In this document: piece after piece, positions 16,550 to 26,999 of the stretch | Position numbering within the stretch: the first letter of the stretch is position 1 | How the letters are laid out: every line of letters begins with the position of its first letter | Assembly: GCF_003334385.1 (NCBI RefSeq) | Contig: NZ_QOWN01000048.1 | Source: Escherichia coli | GTDB taxonomy: Bacteria > Pseudomonadota > Gammaproteobacteria > Enterobacterales > Enterobacteriaceae | DNA length: 33,964 nucleotides | Strand: one strand, 5' to 3' | The notes under the pieces: model-generated | The model's database searches: none | Seen by the model: the letters and a program-made list of their open reading frames with translations, nothing else | What the model was told of the DNA's origin: nothing | Program-made: the position numbers and the translations under genes

Positions 16550-19500
16550 TTAATCCACTCCCACTTTTTTGTTGTACTCGCGGTTAAAGCGATCCACGGC
16601 AACCTTCATATCCCGCTCTACCGATTTCACCATCGCCGCCTGCTGCGCCAGACTGAGAGAACTGTCGGCATAAATGGCATCGCGCTGTTTGCGCAAATCC
16701 TTCAGTCTCTTCCGGGTATCCTGCATAAGCCCGTTCATCAACAATTTTCCGTTGTTCTCGTCAATGAACGCCGTTCTTTCTGCACCGGTCAGACTCTTCA
16801 GCTCTGCGTGATACTGCGCAACCTCTGTCATCCGGTCGTACATCTTCTGCTGGTCTGCATACGGCATCACCTCACCCGAAATTTTCCCCAGGAAGGGCAC
16901 CTGCTGCTCCGGTATATCAATACCGTTCAGCGATTTCACCGCCGCATCTGTGGTTTTGGAAATGAAGCGCCCTGTCCCTCCGGAGATATAGTCAATCCAG
17001 AATTTCAGCGATTCCGGTGTGATATCCACCGCGCCGGGACGATACTGGCTGCCACCTGAGAACGCATTCAGCCAGGATGCAAACGCCTTGTACGCCTCAG
17101 GCGTTGAACGTCTGCCCAGCTGGCTGTCCGGTTTCGGTGTGCCAAATGGCATGTTCTCCTGGTAAATCTGCGCCCCCATGAAGTTTTCATTCATGGCAAG
17201 GTTCGCAAACGGACGCAGAATGGTCGGCGCTGCATTTTTCAGCAATGCCCCGGACAGTGTTTCCGACGTTTCACTGCCCACAGGACTGAATGCCCCCAGG
17301 ATACCACCGACAACATTACCGGCAGCACGTGAAGCAGTCAGGTCGCCCGCTGCCACACCTTCAGCAGTATGCCCGAGCAGGAAGAAAACGTTGTACCCGT
17401 AAGGCAGAGGAATACTCCAGTACTCTCCGGCCTTGCCCCCGAACACCGATTTCATAATGACGAGGTTACGCTCTTTCACATGAGACGGCACCTTGTCATA
17501 CCAGTTAACCCCGTCATCATCCTCCCCCGCAACACTGCGGTTAAGCGAGCCAAGCAGATAACCCGCTCCCACAGCTGCAAGCGCGATTTTCTGCGGTACA
17601 TTGAGATTCTTCCAGCGAAGGCGCTCCGGTAACGGCCCGTCGCCATTAAGATGTCCGAGCGTTCTCACCAGGTTTGCGGTCCCCTGAATGCTGGCGTTGG
17701 CAAACATATACAGCGAGTTCATCAGCGCTCCCTGCTCACCACGACGGTTAAAGTTCACCGTCATGTTTTTGGCAAGAGATGCCGCCTGCTGGCGTGACAA
17801 ACCGGCATCACGGGCGTGTTTATAGGCAGAAAGACGCAGAGCGTTTTCAACCGCGCCGTTGGCATCCTCGACCAGGTTCAGGAACGAATGCCATGCACCG
17901 ATACTCTGGCCTTTCCATCCTCCCTTCGCCAGCGATACAAGGCGATCCATTTCCTTCTGCTGGCCTTCAAGGTCACCCATGTTAAACCAGCCGGTTTTAC
18001 CTCCATCCTCAACAAACTCTTTCCACACCTTCTGCCACTGCGCACCGTTGCCCGTGAGGGTTTTACCACGCAGACTGGCGTATACGGCAGACATGGCAGA
18101 CCGGCTGTCTTTCACCACAGCCAGGGCGGATAAGTTATCCTGCCCTTTCAGTTTACCGTCGCTCCTTCCCTGCTCAGCCTTCAGGTTCATCACCGCCGTC
18201 TGCACGTCACGGATGAAGTTACTGACCAGAAATTCCGGGTTATACGACGTGTTCACCGTTGCCAGGAAACGGTTAACTTTCCCCAGCGTACGGATTACGG
18301 CGTTACTGGTTTCCGGCCCCATGTTCTTCATCGCACGCATCAGGCGCGGGTCATGGAGTTTGATGTAGTAAGTTTTGCCGTCCTTTTTGGTGGTGAAGTA
18401 GCGATCCGCCATCATTGCCATAGGCACCGGACGTTCAACAACTTCGCGACGGGTTTCGCCGGTTTCCGGATCAACACGCTCTGCAATCGCCCGCATGGTG
18501 TCCGGTTTGTCATCAGTGAATACCTGCCAGTAATCCTTATCGGGATTATCCTGCACCAGTTTCAGGAAGGCGTTACCCACTTCGTTTTTGCGATTGCGGA
18601 TCAGCGATTCGCTCAAATCCTGTATCGCCTGAGTGGAAGGAGACTGTGCGCGGGATGCACGCCCCATGGCCTGCCTGCTTTCACGTCCGCCGATGGTGAA
18701 GCCCTTACCTGTACGGGGCAGTGACACCACACCGTCAACATCCTGACCTTTCAGGGGAACGTAGTAACGGTAGGCGTTCTGCCAGGCATCCACCACACCG
18801 CTCTCTTCCAGTCCGGCCTCACGGATAAGCTCACGGCGACGGGCCAGCATATCGTCAACAATCCCTGCCAGACGGTCATACTGTGCCTGTTTGCCACTGT
18901 TACGCACACGCTGCATGATTTCCGCCGCTTCCGCGTTGGTCATCCCCGAACCGCCGTCCGGCATTTTCGGGTTGATTTTCGCGATATGCGCGTTACGTTC
19001 CGGCGCGTGACGGGCGTAGAGGTACTCATCCAGATCGGCCTGCGCAATTTTGTAGTCCGCCAGTAATTTAGCCAGTGGCTGAACGTAGCGCTCCTTCATC
19101 ACGTTCAGGTCGTTTTCCGCCTTCCCGTGGAAGAGTTCTTCCGCCATATAAGCGTTGTTACTGTCGTCTATTTTTCCGCCAGTTTTACGGATATTCTCCT
19201 GAACAGCTTTCAGCACCTGGAATTTATCCTGCATCTGGCGCACAAAACGCGATGCAATTGTCTCTTCCGGTGTCAGACTGCTGGTACGGGAGTAATACGG
19301 CCCCTTGCGAATATCTTCAGGATAGAGTATTTTATCTACAGAGCCGCGATAAGAACGCTCCTCTTTGGGCAATTGGAGCCCACTGTACTGAGGGTTATCG
19401 CGGCTTAATTTCTCCTTCCGGTAAAGCGTTAATCCAGCCATTTCCATACTTTTCAGCTTTTTCCCGTTTTCCGTACCGTAAACAGATGCCACCTTGTTAA

Positions 19501-22500
19501 TTTCCAGACGTTTATCTGTCGCCTTCATATGCACTGCCGAGACGACCGGATCACCATTTTTATCCACAGCATCAAGCAGCATCACAACCGCATTTCTTTC
19601 TGTCGCGGAACGGTAAATTGCATCCGGATTGTGCATCAGTTCCGGAAGTCTCTCGATAACATCCATTGGCACCACATGTTTCACGCCATTGGTAGCCTTC
19701 CGCACAGTGTCGCGGGAGATAACCAGCGGCAAATCTGGTGCGCCAAGGTGGCGCAATACCGGCGGCGTACGCCCGATGTTTGCAGTCATTGCACCAGAAC
19801 GTAACGACTTCATCATTCTGGCAAGGTCATCACGATAACGCTCGCCCTCACCTTCCGGCACTTTGAACGGATCAGGCTTACCGCTACGGGAGTACTGAGA
19901 CGATGCGCCAGCGCCATCCTCACGCGGCGTGTAACCTTCCCGCACACGCTGGCCTAACGTGCGAATAGTTTCGCGAACAAGTCTGATATCGTTCAGCTCT
20001 GTCGGCTTCAGTAACCCCGTGCGACGCAGTACCCCTTTGACCAGGGCAACAACACGCTCCCACGCCGCCACAAATTTATTCGGCTGTTTCTCCGCCATAT
20101 GTGCCAGAAATTCACCTGCCTGCACTTCCGGTGATTCCTTACCATAAGACGCATCAACCTTACGCCAGGCGTCACGGATGGTGGCGTTATCACTGTCACG
20201 GGTTTTCAGTACGGTCTTAATAATCGTCTGATATTCCGCTGGCGTGACTACATGCTCCATTGCATGGTGAATAATCTCGTGACGTAACTTCTCGCGAACG
20301 GTCCGCCCGTCAGGGATGTTATCCGCCACCAGGACAATTTCACGTTTATCCGGACGATAGAACGCATGCACCCTGCCGTAACCGTCGAACGATTCACCCG
20401 CCAGCGCTTCAGCCTCTTTCTGTGACTTCACCACGCGGACCTTCAGGTCACTGTCCTTAATGCCACTCATCACGCCACGGGCAACCGCTTCAACCTGCGG
20501 GACCGGGCTGCCTTTGGCTTCCGCACTGCGGTTAACATCCGAAATGAGATTGCCTTCAGGTGTGCGGGTCACGCCCTTACGGGAATAAAACGCAACGCCC
20601 TTGTCCGTCTTACGGGTTTTCAGCGTACTGAACAGGTGATCGAATGCATCACGAATACCGCCATCCAGTTCCGCATTCGTCGGATAAGCCCAGGTGTTAT
20701 CTGTGTTGTGCTCAGGTGCCTTACGGATATTGACCAGATAATCATTCTCCACGCCAGCCGTACGCGCTTTATCCTGAACATAACGCTCAAAGGCACGCGC
20801 CGCCATTTCAACATCCGTTGACCAGTACGGTTTTGAGCGCACCTCATCGAGAAGCGCTGAACGACGCGGCATGTCACTGCTGTTGATCGCTTTCATCACG
20901 CCTTTAAACGCGTCGTAAACCTCCTGACGTACCGGATATTCCGCATCAACATATCTGCCGTCTTTAAATACGCGCCCGGCACGTTGTGCTTCCGTCATAT
21001 AGTCGCCACCTGACGTGATCTTCCCGTCAGTGGAAACATCATAACGACCAAAATAATTATCCAGTGAATGGAACCATTCGTGGGCCAGCGCCCCCGGTCC
21101 GTTACCTTTTGTCAGGTTGATTGCCACCTCACCCGGCTCATAGTGTGCCGCCGCCTTACCCTTACCACGGGCACCAAAAGCAAGCCCAAGACGACCATTC
21201 AGGGAAAGCGCTTTTGTCGGAACGTTCAGCACGTCAGCCAGGTCATGCAGCGAGTCATAAGCCCGGTTCAAATCAGCCTGACGACGCGGACCTTCCACAT
21301 AATTACCAAACTGCACACCACGGAAACCAAACGCATCACTGAACTGCTCCGGCGAAACATCCCCTTTGCGGCGTTCTGGTCCGGTGCGGTCGCGGTTAGT
21401 GGCGTTACGCTGCTCCTCACGCGAAATCTCCCGCATCTCCTTCACATGACGAACAAGCTCATCACGATGTGAATCAATGTACTTACGCGCATCACTGGCT
21501 GACTTAAAACCACCTCTCACCCGCATTTTGTTTTTGCCGTAAGCGATAAAAATATCGCCACTACGGGTATTCCGGTAAACGTCAAAGCTGATTTTGTCAT
21601 CTGGTGACGGTGCTGTTTTTTCATCACCTTTCGCCCGTGACTTTTCCTCCTGCTCTGCAAACCAGGCTTTCGCCTTTGTCAGTAATTCATCCCTGCTTTC
21701 CGAGAAAAAGAGGTTACTCCCCTTATTGTCCTTATTGCGCAGTGAATAAAGTTTCTGTGGCGGATCGTAACGCTTCCCTCCGGCCGCCTGATACACACCG
21801 GATACCACCCGATAAGCAGAAGCCTTGTCCATCTGTGAGGGTGGCAGAGTGCGTAACAGTTGCCAGGTATCCGCGTAACGGGAGGGCATTCTGCCTTCCA
21901 TCCATTCTGCGAGGCGTTTCGCGCTGACCGTTCCGTTCAGCATTTCCGATACACTGTGTCGTACTTTTTTTACGCTCTCCCCCCAGCCAGCCGTATTGTG
22001 TTTCGTCTTCGCCGGAATATCGCTACGATACAGCGCTATCATTGCCAGGGTGTCAGCATCAGCCCCTTCGCTCGCCAGTTTTGCGTAGTCCGGTTTCGGG
22101 AACAGTTTGCTCAGCGGCTGCGTGGCATAATCCCTGTCTTCCAGCGTTTTACCCAGTGTTTCAGCAAGCTGTGCATAACGGTGTTTGGCTGCCCCTTTAA
22201 TTTCCTCGCCAAAGTCTTCAATTTTTTTGCCCCTGACTTCACCTCCGCGCACAGTAGCTTCCCTGTCAGTAGAGACAGTTGTTTCAGATTCAGGTGCGAT
22301 TGTCTCAGGCTGCGGGATGTCACGATTTCCTCCGGCCTGTCGACGTACTTCTGCCTGCTGTGCGAGCTCAGGCAATGAGTTACGAACAGTTCGGGGAAGC
22401 TGATCAGGCTGAGGCATACGGACATTGTGTGTAATGTCCGGAGCCGGTAGACCTTCACGTACCAGCGCTGTGGCGTTCTGCTCATCCGGTGACGGCAGAC

Positions 22501-24928
22501 CACGACGAACTGTTTCGCCCTCCAGTATTTCCCCCTGGCGACCAGCGGCATTTTCCGGTGCCTGCGCACGTCCTTTCTGGAAACTCTGGCCCTTCACCTC
22601 ACCGGTTGTGGTAAAACGACCACCACGTCCGGCCTGATTTTCATCCGGCGTACGCGCTACTTCTCCCGGTAACGGATATCCCTGTCCGGGATGAATATCG
22701 CCGGGAGCGGGAAGGCGTGGACGCTCAGTTAACTCCTGTGCTGTCGGACCGGCATCACCTTCAGCCATCTGGGAACGCACCAGTTCTTCCGCCGTCGGCG
22801 CGTTGCCACGGGCAAGACGGGCCTGCACTTCTGTATCATCCCCCGTAAAACCACGGAATCGCGGGTCACGCATGAACGCGGGCTGTTCCATCGGATCAGC
22901 ATCAGTAATACGCTCTCCGTCAGCCAGAGTGTTAATGGTCTCCGTTGCCACATCTTCAGAGAACGCAGGATTATCCATTTCAACGGCATACTGATTCTCG
23001 CCTTTCTTCACTACGGACGGTTTCAGGCCGGTGGCGCTGGCATTGCGGAAAACGTCGCTCCCCAGAGCACTTTTTTCATCCGTGAAATAACGGTTGTCCG
23101 GACGCACCTTTTCAATGCGTTCTGCTGGTCTGGACGCACCACTCCCGTTAATTTCAATACGAACTTCATCCGGATCGCGGAACCGCACCGTCGGGTAAAT
23201 ACTCCCGTCGCCATCATCCGCATTTTCCGGCTGTGGCTGTGCCTCCGGTCTGGCCTCCTGCTGAGGGCGAAGCACATCACGGATAGCCTGTAACTGCTGC
23301 TCTTCAGTATCAGTACGCCCTTCCTTCAGGCTGAGTTTTCGGTATTCCTCAAGCAGTTCAGGGCGCGGCTTCGCCTTCAGCTCATCCATCACCGCCTGTC
23401 GCTTCGCCTGTTCATCCAGTTCATTTAACAGCTGGCTGGCGGCTTCCCGGCGATGAACGGCAGACGTGTCTCCCTCAGGTGCCATATCCGCATCAGCATA
23501 CTGTTCCAGAAGTTGCTCGCGATTCATGCCCTGCATGGATTCGCGATGCTGTGCCACCGGATCAGCCGGTTCGGGTTGCGGGGCTGCTTCACCCTGCTGT
23601 ACGACTTCAGCCTCACGCATGGCGGTTTCTTCTGCGGCCTGACGTTTTCCACGATATCCGGCAACCGCACCGAACGGTGCGCCCATCGCAGCACCAAGGG
23701 CTGCACCTTCGATCGTTGCGTCAGCCACGCCCTCCCCCGGTGACACATCCATTCCGGCGGTCTCACGCAATGCCGTGTTTTCCTGATAGCGTGAATAGCC
23801 ACCCTGCGCCGCATTAATCGTCCCCTGTTCCGTGGCATTTCTGACAATGCCGCTTTTAACGGTCTTCGCCGTGCCCCGCATCGCCAGATTAAACAACTGA
23901 GCATCGCCCAGTTTTGCCGCCATGGCATTCACAGCCAGCAATTCAGGATCGGTTGCCAGCTGCGCGCGCACCTCATCGGCAACACGCTCTTTTGCCAGGT
24001 CCATTTTCTGGCGATCAGTAAGCTGTGCGTGCTGTGGATCTGCATCAATTGACAAAAACGTCTGCTGAAATTTCGGTGACTGCGCCAGCTCAGCGTAATC
24101 CGCATTAAGAACAGCATCTGCTGCCGACATTGCACTCTGCCCCTGTGCACTGGCTGTGGAATGGGTGATCAGGCCCGCATGGAAGAAATCCGTCATTTTT
24201 TTATCGACAGCTTCTGCTGCCAGTGCCGTGGCTCTTTCCGGCTGCACTCCTGCCGCGATGTATTTTTTCTCCAGCCCGGCGGTCAGCGTTCTTTTCAGTG
24301 CGACCTGTCCCACCTTTCTAACCACACCGCCAGCAACCAGATCAGGTACAAGCGCACCAATCAGGTTTACACCCTTCGTCAGCAAGACCGCAGAATCATC
24401 ATAGCCTTCACTCATTGGCGTGTTCAGCGCACGAACAGCACCCGGCGACATCTGATCTGTCAGCCATTCATCCGAGGCTTTGGCACCATCACTGACTGCC
24501 TTGCCTGTGGCCTTCAGACCTTTACCGACAGTATCAGTCACCGCGTTTTTCCCTGTTCCATCGGGAATGTTTTTAATCGCATCTCCAACAGAAGGTGGTG
24601 CGCCCAGTTCCTTTTGCGTGGAGGAAGGCGGCATGTAAACATCCGTCATGAAAGACGACAACCCGGCAAGCGTTTTTACAGGATTATTTACAAGTGCATC
24701 ACCGAGTCCACGGGCCATTTCCCCTGTTCCCCGGACGGACTGGGCGAAACCTTTACCCATTGTTGGCAATACATCGCCCAGGCTGAACGACGTGCTGTGA
24801 TCAACAGCGTTCTCCGGGTTGTTGAAAAAATCCTGCCAGTAATTTTCTCCCGGCTGCTTAATGTTCAGACTGCTGCGGTTCTGGTTACCCAATTGCGCTT
24901 CAGGGCGCTGCTCATCTGAAAAAGCCAT
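16550..24928 (-). CDS. Giant multidomain phage protein (2792 aa) with two zincin-like HExxH motifs; putative virion-associated 'polyvalent' injected protein
   Basis: Uninterrupted 8379-nt ORF. HEWFH at residues 1283-1287 (nt 21068-21082) and HEIIHH at 1550-1555 (nt 20267-20281). The N-terminal ~1000 residues are A/G/Q/E/P-rich low complexity. SD GGAG 6 nt upstream of the ATG. It is the last gene of a co-directional operon of small structural-type proteins. Confidence 0.75.
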   Translation of the reverse strand: MAFSDEQRPEAQLGNQNRSSLNIKQPGENYWQDFFNNPENAVDHSTSFSLGDVLPTMGKGFAQSVRGTGEMARGLGDALVNNPVKTLAGLSSFMTDVYMPPSSTQKELGAPPSVGDAIKNIPDGTGKNAVTDTVGKGLKATGKAVSDGAKASDEWLTDQMSPGAVRALNTPMSEGYDDSAVLLTKGVNLIGALVPDLVAGGVVRKVGQVALKRTLTAGLEKKYIAAGVQPERATALAAEAVDKKMTDFFHAGLITHSTASAQGQSAMSAADAVLNADYAELAQSPKFQQTFLSIDADPQHAQLTDRQKMDLAKERVADEVRAQLATDPELLAVNAMAAKLGDAQLFNLAMRGTAKTVKSGIVRNATEQGTINAAQGGYSRYQENTALRETAGMDVSPGEGVADATIEGAALGAAMGAPFGAVAGYRGKRQAAEETAMREAEVVQQGEAAPQPEPADPVAQHRESMQGMNREQLLEQYADADMAPEGDTSAVHRREAASQLLNELDEQAKRQAVMDELKAKPRPELLEEYRKLSLKEGRTDTEEQQLQAIRDVLRPQQEARPEAQPQPENADDGDGSIYPTVRFRDPDEVRIEINGSGASRPAERIEKVRPDNRYFTDEKSALGSDVFRNASATGLKPSVVKKGENQYAVEMDNPAFSEDVATETINTLADGERITDADPMEQPAFMRDPRFRGFTGDDTEVQARLARGNAPTAEELVRSQMAEGDAGPTAQELTERPRLPAPGDIHPGQGYPLPGEVARTPDENQAGRGGRFTTTGEVKGQSFQKGRAQAPENAAGRQGEILEGETVRRGLPSPDEQNATALVREGLPAPDITHNVRMPQPDQLPRTVRNSLPELAQQAEVRRQAGGNRDIPQPETIAPESETTVSTDREATVRGGEVRGKKIEDFGEEIKGAAKHRYAQLAETLGKTLEDRDYATQPLSKLFPKPDYAKLASEGADADTLAMIALYRSDIPAKTKHNTAGWGESVKKVRHSVSEMLNGTVSAKRLAEWMEGRMPSRYADTWQLLRTLPPSQMDKASAYRVVSGVYQAAGGKRYDPPQKLYSLRNKDNKGSNLFFSESRDELLTKAKAWFAEQEEKSRAKGDEKTAPSPDDKISFDVYRNTRSGDIFIAYGKNKMRVRGGFKSASDARKYIDSHRDELVRHVKEMREISREEQRNATNRDRTGPERRKGDVSPEQFSDAFGFRGVQFGNYVEGPRRQADLNRAYDSLHDLADVLNVPTKALSLNGRLGLAFGARGKGKAAAHYEPGEVAINLTKGNGPGALAHEWFHSLDNYFGRYDVSTDGKITSGGDYMTEAQRAGRVFKDGRYVDAEYPVRQEVYDAFKGVMKAINSSDMPRRSALLDEVRSKPYWSTDVEMAARAFERYVQDKARTAGVENDYLVNIRKAPEHNTDNTWAYPTNAELDGGIRDAFDHLFSTLKTRKTDKGVAFYSRKGVTRTPEGNLISDVNRSAEAKGSPVPQVEAVARGVMSGIKDSDLKVRVVKSQKEAEALAGESFDGYGRVHAFYRPDKREIVLVADNIPDGRTVREKLRHEIIHHAMEHVVTPAEYQTIIKTVLKTRDSDNATIRDAWRKVDASYGKESPEVQAGEFLAHMAEKQPNKFVAAWERVVALVKGVLRRTGLLKPTELNDIRLVRETIRTLGQRVREGYTPREDGAGASSQYSRSGKPDPFKVPEGEGERYRDDLARMMKSLRSGAMTANIGRTPPVLRHLGAPDLPLVISRDTVRKATNGVKHVVPMDVIERLPELMHNPDAIYRSATERNAVVMLLDAVDKNGDPVVSAVHMKATDKRLEINKVASVYGTENGKKLKSMEMAGLTLYRKEKLSRDNPQYSGLQLPKEERSYRGSVDKILYPEDIRKGPYYSRTSSLTPEETIASRFVRQMQDKFQVLKAVQENIRKTGGKIDDSNNAYMAEELFHGKAENDLNVMKERYVQPLAKLLADYKIAQADLDEYLYARHAPERNAHIAKINPKMPDGGSGMTNAEAAEIMQRVRNSGKQAQYDRLAGIVDDMLARRRELIREAGLEESGVVDAWQNAYRYYVPLKGQDVDGVVSLPRTGKGFTIGGRESRQAMGRASRAQSPSTQAIQDLSESLIRNRKNEVGNAFLKLVQDNPDKDYWQVFTDDKPDTMRAIAERVDPETGETRREVVERPVPMAMMADRYFTTKKDGKTYYIKLHDPRLMRAMKNMGPETSNAVIRTLGKVNRFLATVNTSYNPEFLVSNFIRDVQTAVMNLKAEQGRSDGKLKGQDNLSALAVVKDSRSAMSAVYASLRGKTLTGNGAQWQKVWKEFVEDGGKTGWFNMGDLEGQQKEMDRLVSLAKGGWKGQSIGAWHSFLNLVEDANGAVENALRLSAYKHARDAGLSRQQAASLAKNMTVNFNRRGEQGALMNSLYMFANASIQGTANLVRTLGHLNGDGPLPERLRWKNLNVPQKIALAAVGAGYLLGSLNRSVAGEDDDGVNWYDKVPSHVKERNLVIMKSVFGGKAGEYWSIPLPYGYNVFFLLGHTAEGVAAGDLTASRAAGNVVGGILGAFSPVGSETSETLSGALLKNAAPTILRPFANLAMNENFMGAQIYQENMPFGTPKPDSQLGRRSTPEAYKAFASWLNAFSGGSQYRPGAVDITPESLKFWIDYISGGTGRFISKTTDAAVKSLNGIDIPEQQVPFLGKISGEVMPYADQQKMYDRMTEVAQYHAELKSLTGAERTAFIDENNGKLLMNGLMQDTRKRLKDLRKQRDAIYADSSLSLAQQAAMVKSVERDMKVAVDRFNREYNKKVGVD

Positions 24929-24940
24929 ACAGACTCCAGT

Positions 24941-24967
24941 AAAAAAAGCCCGACACGATGGTCGGGC
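24941..24967 (-). terminator. Rho-independent terminator/attenuator directly upstream of the giant ORF
   Basis: On the minus strand, GCCCGAC-CATCGT-GTCGGGC hairpin followed by UUUUUUU, lying between the stop of the 420-aa gene (25013) and the start of the giant gene (24928). Confidence 0.5.
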
Positions 24968-25012
24968 GTAAGTGAACGAGATTAACGGTGAGTGCGTTAC
25001 TGCCGCGTATTT

Positions 25013-26275
25013 TTACTTCATCCAGCCTTTGATCTTCTCGGCAGATGCGGAAGCGCTATAATCCAGCGCCTTTTCATGCTCTGCCTTTTTATCCCTGAGG
25101 TGATTCTGGTAATAAATTTCCACCTCCTTTTCACGACCAGGTTCCAGCAAAGCAGGCATATTGGCGGCAGTCGCTTTTACAAACTCCTGTTTAACCGGAT
25201 CGCCCGCCGCCCACGTCTGCCACTTCTGTAAAAGCTGTTGGGTTTTCTGTTGCTGAATTTTCTGTTGATGCGGTTGTGAACCAGTCGCAGCATAATATTC
25301 ATCCACCGCAGCCTGTGCATTACCGCCATTCTTGATCGCGTCCGCCGCTACGTTGCTGGCCCCCTTCTGAAGCTCTTTCAGAGAAAGTCCCTGCTGCTTC
25401 GGCATAAAATAACCATAATTTTTCGATATCTCTGCAAATTTGCTGCGATCCCTGACCTGAGCGATAGCCTTATCAACGGGTATCGCCAGCACGGTTTGAT
25501 CATCAGGGTGCGCACTGCCGTATTCTGTTACAGGTTTATGCGCGGTGGAGCCATCGCTGTATGTGAGATCAAGGCCAATAAGTACGTACCCTTCCTGCTG
25601 CGCCGGTACGATACTGCCAATCCTGGCCTCTTTTATCGTTTTTTCCCCGGTTGAATCAGGCATGCCAATACGCTGTTGTAGTTCCGGGGCAAACACGCCG
25701 GAAAGCACATCGAGATTTTCCGGGGTATTCAGCGAAGCAATCGCCCTGTCCGGCTTATCATCAAAGATTTTCTGCAGGTTGTTCACGGCCTGACCCGCTT
25801 TCGCAGCATAGCCTACCGTTGACATCATCTTAAGCGGATTGGCGTCCGATAATTTACCGAACAGATGAGAAGCCGCATCATGGTCACCCGCATCAATCGC
25901 TTTTCCCAGCGCCGCCATCACAGGCTGATCGCGCGCCAGCATATCGTTATACTCAAGCCGTCGCTGGTTGTATTTCTGCAACTGGAGTCGTTGCTGTTCC
26001 ATCCCCAGCGACGCATTCCGGTAATTCTGGTTGGCGTTAAACTCCCTTTCCTGCAGTGTGTAATTGCGGTCATCAACTTTGGCTCTGTAATCAAAGTTCC
26101 GCTGATCAACGTCTTTATTATGTTCAAACTGAGACTGCGCAAATTCAAAATCGCGCTCGTTATTTTTCTGTTGCTGAGCAAGCTGTGCTTCTCGCAAACC
26201 AAGCTCCTTACGACGGGTCATTGCCTGGTCAACAGTGCTGAATCCGGCAAGTAACCCCTGTGCAAATCCGCTCAT
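25013..26275 (-). CDS. Hypothetical phage protein (420 aa), Q/N/K-rich; putative virion/ejection protein
   Basis: Long ORF tightly packed in the co-directional block upstream of the giant gene. No recognised catalytic motif. Confidence 0.5.
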   Translation of the reverse strand: MSGFAQGLLAGFSTVDQAMTRRKELGLREAQLAQQQKNNERDFEFAQSQFEHNKDVDQRNFDYRAKVDDRNYTLQEREFNANQNYRNASLGMEQQRLQLQKYNQRRLEYNDMLARDQPVMAALGKAIDAGDHDAASHLFGKLSDANPLKMMSTVGYAAKAGQAVNNLQKIFDDKPDRAIASLNTPENLDVLSGVFAPELQQRIGMPDSTGEKTIKEARIGSIVPAQQEGYVLIGLDLTYSDGSTAHKPVTEYGSAHPDDQTVLAIPVDKAIAQVRDRSKFAEISKNYGYFMPKQQGLSLKELQKGASNVAADAIKNGGNAQAAVDEYYAATGSQPHQQKIQQQKTQQLLQKWQTWAAGDPVKQEFVKATAANMPALLEPGREKEVEIYYQNHLRDKKAEHEKALDYSASASAEKIKGWMK

Positions 26276-26285
26276 TCACCACTCC

Positions 26286-26537
26286 TTAAAACAAAGAACC
26301 AGCAATGCCGCCAATTACTGCACCAGCAACAGCGCCAACAGGACCACCAACGGATGCGCCAATAGCCGCCCCCGTACCAATGCCCGTACCGATATTCTGC
26401 TTGTTCTGCGCTTTCTGCTGCGCCGCCATCTGTTTGTTCGCAGCCTCAATTTCTTCACGTCGTCGGTCTGCGTCACTTATTCCCTGTAATGCCTCACGCC
26501 GTGACTGATTCGCAATATCCAGTAAACCGTATCCCAT
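26286..26537 (-). CDS. Small protein with C-terminal glycine-zipper membrane segment
   Basis: 83 aa; the C-terminus GTGIGTGAAIGASVGGPVGAVAGAVIGGIAGSLF is a classic glycine-zipper transmembrane helix. It lies 10 bp upstream of the 420-aa gene. Confidence 0.45.
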   Translation of the reverse strand: MGYGLLDIANQSRREALQGISDADRRREEIEAANKQMAAQQKAQNKQNIGTGIGTGAAIGASVGGPVGAVAGAVIGGIAGSLF

Positions 26538-26546
26538 ATTTCCTCC

Positions 26547-26999
26547 TTACGCTGACACCAGTTGTCCGCCAACACTCAGTTGCTGTCTTGCAGGTGCAGA
26601 AGCCCCCGTCAGTATGTTCATCTGACGATCCTGCTCTGCTTCACGGATACCATTTTTCGCGCCAGCAATTGCCAGGGCATTACGTAACCCCAGCGTATTA
26701 CTGTTGGGATTATCAGGTCGGTTAACGCCATATCGTGCCATCTGGTTATCCTGCGCCATCTGCGCTGTACGGAGACTGGAAGTGGCAAGGCCGCCCACCC
26801 GGGCAAGCTGTGCATTCATCAGGCTGTTGTTCTCGCCAAGGTCAGCCAGCCTTGCTACACGGGGTAAATATCTGGTGCGCCAGTCGTCGTATTGCTGGCG
26901 GGTCAGCGCTGCGGATGTCTGCCAGTCCCCCTGAGGGCGGGCTGCTCCGGTATAACCGTATCTCGCAAGTGTTTCGTATTTACCGTACTCCATAATCAC
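26547..26999 (-). CDS. Hypothetical phage protein (150 aa)
   Basis: Its start overlaps the stop of the upstream 218-aa gene by 4 nt, indicating translational coupling. Confidence 0.45.
   Translation of the reverse strand: MIMEYGKYETLARYGYTGAARPQGDWQTSAALTRQQYDDWRTRYLPRVARLADLGENNSLMNAQLARVGGLATSSLRTAQMAQDNQMARYGVNRPDNPNSNTLGLRNALAIAGAKNGIREAEQDRQMNILTGASAPARQQLSVGGQLVSA

Noticed and set aside
16808-24919. Many plus-strand ORFs of 60-250 aa (e.g. 24161..24919, 21860..22378, 17859..18368) lying inside the giant minus-strand gene
   Set aside because: They are antisense to one continuous 8.4-kb reading frame with a good start context. Long open frames on the opposite strand of a coding region are expected by chance, and none has a convincing ribosome-binding site or motif.
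25545-26508. Plus-strand ORFs inside the 420-aa and glycine-zipper genes
   Set aside because: They are antisense to tightly coupled minus-strand genes; one is merely the reverse reading of the Gly/Ala-rich region.
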